Source: Antechinus flavipes (Eukaryota). From it: a stretch of DNA of 64,000 nt. The DNA lies in assembly GCF_016432865.1 (NCBI RefSeq), contig NC_067399.1, positions 569,222,001 to 569,286,000 on the forward strand, given 5' to 3'. The stretch's first letter is position 1. Each line of letters begins with the position of its first letter. Both the position numbers and the translations under genes were made by a program. Below, piece by piece: positions 50,993 through 64,000 of the stretch. The notes under the pieces were generated by a model, which saw nothing but the letters and a program-made list of their open reading frames with translations, ran no database searches and was not told where the DNA came from.

Positions 50993-53900
50993 TTAAGGAA
51001 TGCTGAGTTTTATCTCTTGCTTGGTTGATTCAGATTTCCAGATCAGTCTCATCTCTTCTGAATAGTAGGGGAGCTGGAGAAAATCAAGATGATTAGTAAA
51101 GTCATTAACCATTTATGAGTATATATATATATGAATATCCCTTACATGTGAAGGAATGGAGGCTGAGAGAGAAACAACTCTCCCAGGATTATACAATAAG
51201 TAAGTGAATAAAGAAGTTTTAAAAATTAAATTTGTTTTTGGTTTTTGGACTGTGTTTTCTTTCGCAACATGGCTGATAAAAGGAGATGGGGCAGATATAT
51301 TACCAAATATAGAATGTGAAGTCTAAGTCTGGAAGACTCATCTTCCTGAGTTTTAAGCTGGCCTCAGACACTAGCAGCATGATCTCAGATAAGTCATTTA
51401 GCCCTGTTTGCCTCAGTTCCTCATCTGTCACATGAGCTGGAGAAGGAAATGACAAACTACACCAGTATCTTTGCCAAGAAAACTCCAAATGGGATCACAA
51501 AGAATTGGACATGATTGAAATGAATGAACAGAAAAATAGGGATTGTGTTTTGCATAACTTCATGTGTATAATCTAAATCAAATTGATTGCCTTCTCAAAG
51601 AAGGGAGAAAAGAAGGAGAAGGTTTGGAACTGAAAATTGTAAAAACTGAATGCTAAAATTTTTATATGTAATTTAAAATATCTAATTAAATTAGTTTCAA
51701 TCAATGAAAATCCATTTTCTCTTCTTATTTAGCCCCTTCTCCCATTGAAAAAGAAAGAAATAGAAAATCTTTGTAACAAATAATACATAATCAAACAAAC
51801 AAATAAGAAATCTTATATTGGTCATGTCCAAAAATATCTATCTCAATCTGCCCAAGCCCATCACTTCTGTCAGGTGAGTAACATATTTTATTTGAACATG
51901 GGTGTTCCTTACTTTAAATCCAACATTTTCTCCACTGTACTTCCTAATTTACCTAATATCTCTGAGCTTCACTTTATATAGCAGGATGCATAGATTTGAA
52001 AGATTCAGAAGCCCTCAGTTTGAATCCCACACTGACACTTACTAATTGGAAAGTTCAACCCCTCTGAGTTTCAGTTTCTTCATCTGTAAAAAATGAGAAT
52101 AATTAACACCTAGCATACAAGGTATTGCTGAAACGCAAATGAGTTATAGTATACAGAGAGCTTTGCAAACCTTAAACTACATGTCAGCTATTATTATTAC
52201 TACTCATTTGGATTATTATTACCTATTTATAAGATAAATTTTTATTTATATTAATATTTATAAAATATAAATATATGCATATAAATGTTTATATTAATAT
52301 TTATTTATAAGATAAGGTTAATGAGGCTTTGTTTCCCTCATTGAGTTGTTGGGAGATTTGAAAGAGGCTTCACTAGAGACTTCAGATACTATATAAATGC
52401 AAGATACATTAATGCTGCCATCATTCTTCTCCCTATATCTGTACCCCAGCCTGGAAGAGAATAGGAAGGAGAGGTTTTTCCCTGATCTCCATTCTCATGT
52501 ATCCAAATGACTATTGGACATCTTAAATAAGATGTTTTCTAGATAAACAATAAGTCTTTTTAAAGTAACACTTATGTGCCAGACACTGTTCTAGTTATCA
52601 AAGTACAAAGACAAAACTTAAACTTCCTCATAAGCATGAGGGACCTGTGTTAGGGATACCAATTAAAAAGATGTTGCAAAAATCTAGGCAAGAATGATGA
52701 GAAAATGAACTATGGTGGCAATTGTGTAAGTTGGAAGAAAAGGTCAGTTGTAAGAGATGTTGTGACAGAAATATAAGATCTGACAAATGATTAGATATGT
52801 GGGGCAAGAGTGAAGAGTCCAGAATAGTATCCAGATTATGAATTTGAGACACTAGAAAGATTGTGCCTTAGACAGAAGAAAGCAGATTATAGTAAGAGAG
52901 ATAATTTTGGACATGGTGAGTTTAAGTTTTCTCCAGGACATCTAGTTTAAAATCTTCAATAAATAATTTATAATGTGAGACTTAGCTCGGGGAGAACAGC
53001 CTAGATATATAGATCTGGGAGACATCTTTATAATAATAATAAAAACTATCAAGTGAGATAGTATTATTTAAAGGAAGAAGAGAAGGGGGCCCAAGAGTAC
53101 TCTCAGGTAGGAGGCTTGAGGTGGATGCTTCGTCAGTAATGAGAGCAAAAAAGGAGCAGTCATACAGATAGGAAGTCAACAATGAAAAAGGAGTATTGAG
53201 AAAATCCAGAGATGAAAGAAGCGATGCTCAACAGTGTTAAATGTAGCAGAAAGGTGAGAAGGATTGAGACTGAGGAAAAATACAAGAGGTCATGAGGACC
53301 TAAACCACTGTAACCCATATATAAATAGAAAGGTTCAAGGAAGAGAGATGTAACAGAAGTAAAAAACAAAATTTATCAATTGATTTGATGCATGAGGTGT
53401 GGGAAAAGTTAAGGTGAAATTAAGAACCTGGATGACTGGAAGGATGATGCTATCAGTGCAAAATAGGAAAGTGAAGAATAGGAATGAGTTTTGGGAAAAG
53501 AGAATTAGTCTGTATTGGATGTTTTGAGTTTGAGATGCCTCTAGGAAAGGTAGTACAAAATGTCCATGAAGCAATTGATGACGGACTAGACATCAGGAGA
53601 AAAACTAGGGAGATAAATACCCACACACATATACACACACACTTTTTAAATTGATATCTTTTGTTTCTTTATATTACCAAAATTATTTCCATTCTCTCTC
53701 TCTTCCTCCCAAAAAGCCATTCACATAACAAATAATATTGGATAGATCTATAGATAGATAGATCTATTTGCATAGAAATGATAATTAAACCACTAGAAAT
53801 TGTTGAAGTCAAGAGTATGCGAACTGGATGGAGGTTTGGTTTCTACAGAATTAAGAAAATTTAATTGGAGAGGTGCAGAGAAATGAAACAAATTAGAAAG

Positions 53901-54522
53901 ATGAGGTTAAAGCTTAGGAAATGGAGTCTGGGAGCTAGAACAAGGAAACAAAACTAATAAAAGAAAAATATAAGCAAAGTTAGGGGATTCAGACTTGAAA
54001 ATGGAGGGAGAATGTATTCAGAGGTAGGGATTTAGAATAAGAAAACATACTGAAACACATTGTAAAATGTACTCAGAGGTGGGGACTTAAAATAAGAGAT
54101 ACAATGTAATATATAATTAGAGATGAGGATTTGGAAGAAGATGTAAAGAGACAGTCTGAGGGGACAAATTCAAGTCAGGGAATTAAACTTGATAGGCCAT
54201 AACCTTTGCAGTACTCAGCCAGTGGCAAATCAGGGGAAGGACTGAACTACATCAAAATAAGATGAATGCCAAGGAAAAATATAATGATGTAATCAGGTAT
54301 GGAAATTCACACTTATGTAGGGGGATAAAAACCTTTCAGTCTTTATTCAGTCAACAGTTATTTGAGGGACTTTGATTTTTGGGTCCCTCAAATTAAATAA
54401 AACATTAAAAAAAAATACAAATCTATTGATCCTAAATGTTTCTATTCTATAGAATATCTATTTCTGCTGTATAATTAGACTTTTAACTTCATTCCTTCCC
54501 AGTCCATTGAAATTACTTCTCA

Positions 54523-55573
54523 TAATCAAGCCTTCTCCAACTGATAAATGGTCAAAGGATATGAACAGACAATTCTCAGATGAAGAAATTGAAACTATTT
54601 CTAGCCATATGAAAAGATGCTCCAAGTCATTATTAATCAGGGAAATGCAAATTAAGACAACTCTGAGATACCACTACACACCTGTCAGATTGGCTAGAAT
54701 GACAGGGAAAGATAATACGGAATGTTGGAGGGGATGTGGGAAAATAGGGACACTGATACATTGTTGGTGGAATTGTGAATACATCCAGCCATTCTGGAGA
54801 GCAATTTGAAACTATGCTCAAAAAGTTATCAAACTGTGCATATCCTTTGATCCAGCAGTGTTTCTACTGGGCTTATACCCCAAAGAGATACTAAAGAAGG
54901 GAAAGGGACCTGCATGTGCCAAAATGTTTGTGGCAGCCCTGTTTGTAGTGGCTAGAAGCTGGAAAATGAAAGGATGCCCATCAATTGGAGGATGGTTGAG
55001 TAAATTGTAGTATATGAATATTATGGAATATTATTGTTCAGTAAAAAATGACTAGCAGGATGATTTCAAAAAGGCCTGGAGAAATTTATACGAACTGATG
55101 CTGAGTGAAATGAGCAAGATCAGGAGATCATTATATACTTCAACAACAATACTATATGATGATCAATTCTGATGGACCTGGCCATCTTCAGCAATGAGAT
55201 AAAACAAATCAGTTCTAATGGAGCAGTAATGAACTGAACCAACTACACCCAGTGAAAGAACTCTGGGAGATGACTAAGAACCATTACATTGAATTCCCAA
55301 TCCCTATATTTTTGCCTGCCTGCATTTTTTGATTTACTTCACAGTCTAATTGTACAATATTTCAGAGTCCGATAATGATTTGGACATGTATACTTATTAT
55401 GTATTTAATTTATACTTTAATATATTTAACATGTATTGACCATCCTGCCATCTAGGGGATAGGGTGGGGGAAAGGAGGGGAAAAATTGGAACAAAAGGTT
55501 GGAAATTGTCAATGCTGTAAAATTACCCATGCATATAACTTGTAAATAAAAAGCTATTAAAAATTAAAAAAAA
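54523..55573 (+). mobile_element. 5'-truncated L1 (~1.05 kb)
   Basis: ORF2 C-terminal peptide (ORF 54507-54809), 3' UTR and A tail. TSD core aaattacttctca (54510-54522, 55574-55586). Confidence 0.92.
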
Positions 55574-56409
55574 AATTACTTCTCACAACCAAGTGAGAAG
55601 CTATAGGTGGAGAAGTAGGCCTGAGGTTCTTTCTCTCTCCTATTTTCACCTTTGAAAATATCAGACTTACTTCAATTTCTTCAGGTTCTTTCTCCTGCCT
55701 GAAGCTTTCCTAATCTCCTCCTCTCAGGTGCTAGAACTACTTGATTTCTGCTCCCTTTTAAAATGAAATTTCTTCCCATCTACTATGTATCTATTTTGCT
55801 ATTTTTCCAAAATAACCTAAGTTCCTTGAGGAGTTAGGACTGTTTCAGTCTTCATGTTGATTGACTGGATGGTTGTTAGGTTTAGAAAGGAGTTCTTGAA
55901 CACTGAGATCATATAGTCAGATCTCCTCATTTTACAGGTGAAGAAACAGAGACCCAGAGAAGTAAAGTGATTTGCTTGATATCACAGACATTAAGCAGAA
56001 CACCCAGTATTCAAACTTCTGTCATTTATTTCCAAGTCCAAATAATCTATTCCATTATACCATGATGTACCTCTGTGTGAATTTGCTCATGATTGATTTT
56101 TGGAATTAACTTAATCTTATTTAACCTTACCACAATATTACTTTATTTGGAAGCATTTACTTTTAAGTGGAATAACCATAGTTTCTCTCCATAATAACAT
56201 TTGACATTTAAATAGTACCTGAATAGTACCTATTTGTAAAACACCTTATAAACACTGTTTCATTTAAGCCTTATAACTCTATGAGGTAATTACCATAGAT
56301 ATTATTATCCCCATTTTATAAGTTAAAAACTGAGTAGGATTTAAATTGTAATGGAAATTTTTAAAATTTTCTTTTATTGTTTTTGTACAAATAAAACCAA
56401 TGCATAAAA

Positions 56410-57522
56410 GATTAGAAGGGAAGCAGTAAAGTGGGAAAAAAATTTATATCCAAGGGTTCTAATAAACTCCTCATTTCTAAAATATATGGAGCATTAACTC
56501 AAATTTATAAAAATACAACTCATTCTTCAATTGATATATGGTCAAAGAATATGATCAGATAATTTTCAAATGAAGAAATTAAAACCATTTCTAGTCATAT
56601 GAAAAATTGCTTTAAATCACTATTGATTAGAGAAATGCAAATTAAAGATTAACTCTTAGATATCACTATATACTTCTCAGATTGGCTAAGATGACAAGAA
56701 AAGATAATGATGAATTTTGGAGAGGATGTGGGAAAACTAAACTGGGACACTAATATATTGTTGTGAACTGATCTAACCATTCTGGAGAGGAATATGGAAC
56801 TGTATCCAAAGGGCTATCAAATAGTACATACCCTTTGATCCAGCAGTGTCTCCTGGACCTGTATCCCAAAGAGATCATAAAAAAGGGAAAAAGACCCATA
56901 TGTGCAAAAATGTTTATAGCAGCCCTTTTTGTAGTGGCACTGGAAACTGAGTGGATGCCCATCAATTGGAGAATGGCTGAATGAGTTATGATATATGAAT
57001 GTTATGGAATATTATTGTTCATAAGAAATGACCAGCAGGATGATTTCAGAGAGGCCTGGAGAGTAATTTGAACTGATGCTAAGTGAAATGAATAGAACTA
57101 AGAGAATATTATACAATGATCAATTCTGATGGATGGGGCTCTTTTCAACAATGAGGTGAGTCAGGCCAGTTTCAATGGTGTTGTGTTGAAGAGAGCCATC
57201 TGCACCCAGAGACAGGACTGTGGGAACTTAGTATGGATCACAACATAGTATTTTCCCATTTTTTGTTGTAGTTTGCTTACATTTTGTTTTCTCTCTCAAT
57301 TTTTCCCTTCTTGATTTGATTTTTTTGTGCAGTATGATAACTGTAGAAATATGTAGAGAAGAATTGCACATGTTTAACAAATATTGGATTACTTACCGTC
57401 TAGTAGAGGGAGTGCAGGGAAGTAGAAAAAAAAATTGGAACACAAGAATTTTGCAAGGATGAATGTTGAAAACTATCTATGCATATGTTTTGAAAATAAA
57501 AAGCTTTATATAAAATATAAAT
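56410..57522 (+). mobile_element. Older 5'-truncated L1 (~1.1 kb)
   Basis: Degenerate ORF2 end (ccctttgatccagcagtg..., aaactgagtggatgcccatcaattgg) and a different 3' UTR ending aaaataaaaagcttt. Confidence 0.85.
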
Positions 57523-58199
57523 TTTCCTTTATTAATTTTTATTATTTTGGGCTCAAGGTCATTCCTACAACATCTTTTGGTTAACTGAAAGTCTATCTTC
57601 TGTTAACAACCTCACCTGACCAAAACCTGTCCCAAGAAAATTTACTTAAGGCCTTGAACATTCTTTAGATAAGATGCTAGAGGAAGAATTTCAAATTTCC
57701 CTAACTATTTGAAGACATGTAATTATCTTCTCCCTCGATCAACTTATTTGTGAATTCTCTAAATGAAGTTTAATCTGTCACTCAATTTTGTTTCCCTATT
57801 GCCTTTTTAAGGTAATTTTGTTTATATGAGATTATGGCTCTACTTACTTTGTTCAATTTTTATAACATTTAAGAAAACAAGAAATTATACATCTATATTT
57901 GCTTTAACTTTAATGGGCTAAGAGTATAAAATTGTCCAATATATAAATGCACACTGTTATAAAAGAATTATTTCTCTGTCACTCTGATAATTGTCTATTA
58001 AGAGGCTTTGTTAGATTCTAATGATTATTCAAGTTCACTGTTTTCTCTGAGGCTTGAACCTATGCTTAAGCATAACAAAACCTAGATTTTCACCTCTATG
58101 ATTTCTGTGTTGTGTATATTTCAATAGCAGTTGTCTACCCCATGAATTCAGAGAATTATGGTCTTCATGATCCTCAGTCTAGCATATCATCATGATGCA

Positions 58200-58872
58200 T
58201 GATGAGGTCTTCACTATTAGATGTAGTTAATAGAAAAATTGATCTTTGGGGCAAGAAGGCAGAAGGACCTGGTAGACATCAGTTTAGTTCCATGATCCCA
58301 CCCTCTGGAGACGTCATCCAGTATGAAATCCAAGTTATGTAAAACTCTTAAGATCCAGAATCTGTAGGGATCTCCAGCAATCTCACCCTTGCCATATCCT
58401 ATCAGAAATTCCTGTAAAATCTACTTATGGGCCATCCCATGGCTGCTGTCTTCATTTGGGTCAGTCCACCATAGCACTCTGCCCCCCTTACCTCTCCTCG
58501 TTGCCATGTGGTATCCCCCCTAACGTCACTCTGCTTCCCAACCCTACTTTTCCTTATAGCTGACTAACTCTTTTAGGGTGCTAAGTCCCTTTCAGGATTT
58601 AGTCTGCCAGTTAAGGGCATGCCCCAGCCTCATGGGCTACTACCTTTCTACTGGGTAATTGTGAGTTCCACTGAGTTACTTGTATTTCACATGTCTCCCA
58701 CTTTATTTCATATTTATCACTCCTGGCATCTACTGTATCCCTTTATTTTGTCTGTAACCTCTTCTTTAACTAAATCTACCTTTTGCCAAAGAGAATGGCC
58801 ATTGTGAATTCTTCACATGACCAAACTCCCCTTTTGGTGCCTTACCATCATCTGGTGACAAACCCCACATCA
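58200..58872 (+). mobile_element. Solo LTR, family A
   Basis: TGATGAGG...CCACATCA. Collinear with the 43991 copy (aaatccaagttatg, ctaagtccctttcaggatttag). TSD not preserved. Confidence 0.8.
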
Positions 58873-61800
58873 TTGATCACATAACTGTACACTGTCTCAT
58901 ATCTAATTTTAGAAACCTATTGGGGAACCTCATGCCCACCCTCCTTTTCTTCATGGCTTCTGGCCTCCACCTCCTTCCAAACAGCAAGAACAACAGCTGT
59001 AGTCTCCCACTTTATACAGTCCCAACTTTTGGGTAAGAGGTGGTATGCAGTGAAGCCTGCTGTACTGCTAAACTAGCAATGCCTGATGTAATACCATTGC
59101 GCCCAATCTTTTCCTATTGTTATTTTTAACCCAGTTTCCTTCAAACATGGATTCCTGAAAGAAAACAAAATCTCTTTTAAGAATCAAAGGTGTCTTCTCT
59201 CTGTCCCAAGGGCCCAAATTAGTATATTACATAGCTCACATTATACATACATCTAATCTAGCCCAAATAGGAATTATTCAGAAAATTCTGTTAAGCAAAA
59301 TGCCACAAAGATAGTTCACTAATAGTGCTAATTATACTAATAAAAGATTTTAAAGGTTTTGCAATTCCTTAAGACTAAAGCCAATTAATATTAATTTTAA
59401 CTCTTTTCTTGTCCACTTAATATGCATCCCTTTCATTTTGTCTGGCAGCTCAAGAATGTGGTCACCAAATCATTTGCCCCAGGTCTTTAGAGATAGCAAA
59501 GGCAATAGAGTTTAAAAAAAAAAAATACAACCCTAAAATTAAAAAAACTCAAGTATTTACCCAGTCAAGTACCTCAGAGCAAAGGCTGCGACTCTGGTTT
59601 CCTGCATTGAGATAACCTTCCACCCCTGGAATCTGGTTCTGCCTCCAAGATTCCCAGCCAACCATTAAGATTTAACTAGCCCCAAACAGAAAGGCTTTTG
59701 GCCTCTGCAAGTCTCCTTAAGTCCCTCTCAGCACTTTGGTACTGAAAAACTAAATAAAAAAATAAGCAAAATAAAATAATCTTGAGGGAGGGGACAAAAG
59801 GGGAAGCAGAAAAAAATAAACTAGTATTTAATAATAAAATAAAACTCATAGCAGCTCCTTTAGTCTCAGGTCCCTAGGGTCGCTAAAGTGATCCTCTAAA
59901 GATGTTTCTTCCTTGAAATTATTGCTACAATTTGTTCAGTACATTCCCATAGTTTCACAGAGTCCTTGGTGCTCCAAGAGGGTTAGGATGGAAATAAGTG
60001 TCAGAACTAGGAATTCAGTCCAAAGGAAAAACTTCTTTCCTTAATGGTAGACTGATGCCTTTTGTCTTTCTGCTTTCATACAGAACCTTTCATTAAGGAC
60101 TGCTATTTTTATTTCAAAATATTTCTCCCATCTATCCCTTCTTTCTATTGCCACCACACCAACTCAGACTCTCATTACCTCTGTCTTAGTGGAAGTGAAA
60201 GAATTCTGAACTTGGAACCAGAAGATTTGGATCCTGAATGGAATCTTATCACTCCCATTCAATCAAAATTGTTCTTTATAAAGATAACAATGGGCTCTTT
60301 ATTTTGAAACTTTATTTTTAGTCACATTGGATTTTGCTAAATTCAATGGCCTTTTCTCAGTCCTCATCCTTTCTGACCTTTTTTGTAGCTATGTGGAGCA
60401 TGGATTAGAGAGGAGAGACATGCTGTAGAGAGATCAATTTGTAAGCTTTTGAACTAGTCCAGGCAGAGGCAAGTAGATGGTGCAGCCTTGGAATCAGAAG
60501 GACCTGTGTTCAAATCTAACCTCAGACTTAATATTTACTTAAACTTAATTTTTACTAGCAGGACAAGTCATTTAATCCCAATTGCCTTGCCAAAAAAACC
60601 CAAAATAAAACAAACAGTCCAGGTAAGGAATGATGAGAGCCTAAACAAAGTAAAGAGAAGGAGATAGATAAGGGAATGTTGAGGACATAGAATCAAAAGA
60701 CTTGGCAACTGAATGGTATTGGATGTGTATTGTGTGTGTGTACAACAGTGAAGAGTTAAGTCTGTGACTCATAAGCTGCCAATTGGGATGCCCTCAATGT
60801 TATCTTTCTCCACTGGGTAAACATGATTATTGCCCGCTCTCAATCTGATTTACATTATCATTATTTGCAGCCCTTAAAAGACTTCAGATTCTTCAACCCA
60901 AAGTCCGGTCTTGTTTATCTAGCATATCTTTCATTATACTGGGTACTTTTGTCTTATACACAATAGATACTGAATAAATATTTATTGACTTGAATGGAAT
61001 TGACTTGAACAGAGCACACTGACTTGGAGTCCTCCATGGCAGGCAAATAAATGACCAGTCAAAGAGGGCCATTGTTTGTGCTTGATGTTAGCAGACCTGG
61101 GTCTTGCTTTTCTAATTCTCTTTTGCAACTATTCTAGAAGAAATTTATATTATAAGAAGTCGAGTTCATCAGGCATTTGCAGGGTGTCTACTACAGACTC
61201 AGCCCTATTCTAAGACCTTAGAACAACAATAATGATAATAAATTTCAGTTCTTCAGAGATATGTGATCTTGCCTGTTTGGGAAATTCCTATGTAGACTCT
61301 TTCTTGACTTTATCTCAAGAAGTGTTAACTTAGTGAAGAGATTTTCCAAATTTAGTAGGTGAGATCTCAGATAATGGACAAGTCAGTCCTATGATCCATC
61401 TATCAGATGACTCCAGTATTTCCAGCTTAATAGGCAGGACGTGACAGTTTGTTGATATGACCCTGAAAAATTTAGGTTCCCCTCCACAGCATCAGAACAG
61501 ATGAATGTGAAGAATGTTATTACTGTAAAAATAGGAGTTATGGTCATTATTGTTCCTCTAGAAATATCTAAGTGTCTCATCATGGCATGGAGGTGATCTT
61601 GGCTTCTCAAAGTCTTTATTAGTGGAACATTAGCTAAGATTAGAGATGCACATTTCCAGGAGGCTGACCACCAACCAACCACAATGATGAGGTCCTAGAT
61701 AGCTTGGGGGCATTAGCAGAGAAAATTTGAATTATTATATACAATCTGGAAGCCTAGCTACTCCCTGAGGCAAGCAGAAGGAGCACTGATAGGATTATAA

Positions 61801-63823
61801 ATGGACCCTTTTGATTTTAATTAGGCTTTTAAGTAAGTAAACTTTATTACAACTCCATCTCAGGTGGAGGTACCTGGTAGAATTCTTAACCAAATACCTT
61901 CAATTGACAAAACCATCCTAACCCCACAGTTACTGTATCCATTTAGAAAGTCAAGTTATGATGTCAAATCACCAAGGTTATATTTACTCTATAAAAAAAT
62001 CTGCTCATATTGTAGATCCCCATTAACTCCTTTTTAGAATGAGTCTACCCGCCTTCTCTCCCCCCCGCCTCCCCACAAATACACACACACACTGGGGTTA
62101 AAGTGATTCCTTAAGGATTTAGCTTGCTCCTAGCAGCATAAAAAAAAAAATCTTTGCCCCTTATTTTGGAAGATGTCTAAACCTATAAATTCTTTTGAGA
62201 CAATTCGTAACACTGGTCTGTAACCCCAATATACTTTTGGGTAACAGCCTGTACCACATCATCTGGTGGCCAAACCTCAACATTTTGGTAGCATGATATG
62301 GGGAAGAGTCCAACTGTACCCAGTAACTTCAACAACAGTGTTTTACAAAGACCATCTTCTAAAGGACTGAGAATTTATATAATCTGCTTAAAGGGAGGAT
62401 CCTTTGAAGTATTATAATATCTTACAAGCAATGATTCTTACCTTCAGAAAGTTTAGTTCAATGTCTAGTTGAAGGAACAAGGCATACTTACTAGAAATAA
62501 AAATGTGCCAGTCACTCAGCCAGTCTGTTGGAAATACAAGGAAATACAAATATAACAGTCCTGTCCTCAGTTTTCATTTATTCTGGGGAGAAATATGTAT
62601 ATAAATACAAAAAAATTTGAGTAGGTAGAGCATCATATGTAAAAACAGGTAGACCAATAAGTAAACAGAAAAGAAAACTTGAGCATGGGAAGAGAGTGGG
62701 GAAAGGTCTCCCTTAGAAGGGCATCAAAGGTAAAAAAGGAAGCAAAGTAGGAAAGTCAAGGCAAAATGAGTTGCTAGCAATAAATGCTATAGAAGTTGGG
62801 TGAAGAAGAAATGGGTATGCTCCCATTGTTGAAAACTCCACAGAGATGAGGATTTGCAATTTGGATTTGGATTTGGAAAAATGAAAAAGGTATTTTAGGT
62901 TTTGAAGAAGCACAATCACCGGAATGTTCAATGAGTGAGAACTTCACTCTATTCTGAGTTATGAGAGATTAAGTAGGTTGAGGCAAGACTGTGGTAGTCC
63001 TTGAAAGGTAGTCTCCAATCCAAACTTTATTTTGAAGGCAATGGGATAGCACTACAAAGAATGAATATGAAATTTCTCTTATGTGTAGGATGGGATGTTA
63101 GGGAATGGGGGGTGGGAATAAGCAGGAATTAGTCTCATAGCAGAATGCAGAATGGACTGGGAGTGAGACAAACTAAGACACAGAGAAGCTAGTTAGGAAA
63201 CTATTACAAGTTCCCTCACTCCGCTGTGGCTTCCTTTCCTCCCAGAACCTCTATTTTGGAGAATGAGCCCATGTGAACTAACCTTCATTCCTTTCCTAAC
63301 CCCGCTTTTGACTCTCTAGACTTTACCACCATGACCTCATACTCCCTCCAATTTCCTTATATATTGTCTTTCCTAATTAGAATGTAAGCTCCTTGAAGGA
63401 AGGAACTAAATTTTTTTTTGCTTATATTTGTATTCCCATAATTCAGCATATATTAAGTGCTTAATAAATGCTGGTTGACCATAATACCAGTGTGAGGTAA
63501 TAAGGCTCTCTACAAGATTAATGAGCAGTGAGAATGGAAAGAGATGAAAAAAACAAATATTTCTAAGTAGAAACAAAATACTTGGTATGAAGGGGATAAT
63601 AGAAAGGTACCAAAAAAGTCTGTTGTTCAATCACTTTCATCTCTTGAATATGTAATCCTATTTAGAGTTTTCTTGGCAAAGATATTAGTGATTTCCCTTT
63701 TATTCCTCTAGCTAATTTTACAGAAAAAGAAACCGAGGTAGAGAGTCTGAAGCCAGATTTGAATTCACAAAAATGATTGAGTCTTTCTGTCTTAAGGCCC
63801 AGCACCCTACCTAGATGCCCTAT

Positions 63824-64000
63824 TGTTGAGGTCTAGATTTGGGGTACCTAAATGAGATTAGGGTTTAGTTGACCTCTAGTGGCAGGTTTGGGGTACAGGG
63901 AGTCAAGCAAAGATCCCCTGCAACCCCTTTGGATTCGGCGCAAGGATACAGCGATAAATGAGGTCTAGTACTGGCGCTAGTCCCCAATAAAAGCATTTAT
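63824..64000. mobile_element. Start of a probably young LTR, cut by the window edge
   Basis: Begins TGTTGAGG directly after a SINE head. Retains several CpGs (ttcggcgc, agcgat, ggcgct). AATAAA near 63986. Orientation unresolved. Confidence 0.5.

Noticed and set aside
63938-63947. U6 snRNA-like GCGCAAGGAT
   Set aside because: Only 10 nt match and the flanks disagree.
1-64000. CRISPR array, tRNA/rRNA genes, NUMT or foreign bacterial-like insert
   Set aside because: No regularly spaced repeats, no complete structural RNA (tRNA-like boxes belong to SINE heads), and no compositional block suggesting foreign DNA.

Overview
Marsupial genomic DNA, most likely a dasyurid such as the Tasmanian devil (inferred from WSINE1-like and Mar1-like SINEs, marsupial L1 3' UTRs, strong CpG depletion and a sized N gap). 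The only protein-coding gene I can support is the 5' end of ANPEP (aminopeptidase N/CD13) on the minus strand. It has coding exons at 2300-2901 and 154-296, a proximal TATA/HNF1 promoter at about 3.0-3.1 kb, an upstream splice acceptor at 3169-3170, and a candidate distal myeloid-type promoter with a non-coding exon at about 15.5-16.1 kb. The remaining ~48 kb is repeat-dense: L1 fragments (many with readable TSDs), SINEs, L2/CR1 relics and solo LTRs. The best leads are: (1) Phe instead of the signalling Tyr6 in the CD13 tail; (2) a uORF specific to the long isoform; (3) a diverged, inverted, exon-shaped ~350-bp module present twice; (4) clustered 5' truncation points in young L1 stubs; (5) an internally deleted L1 with a perfect TSD; (6) a complex templated duplication at 32.5-32.9 kb. 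I found no CRISPR array, tRNA, rRNA or intact transposon ORF, and no clearly new multi-gene system. Repeat family names and cross-species comparisons come from memory and need database confirmation.
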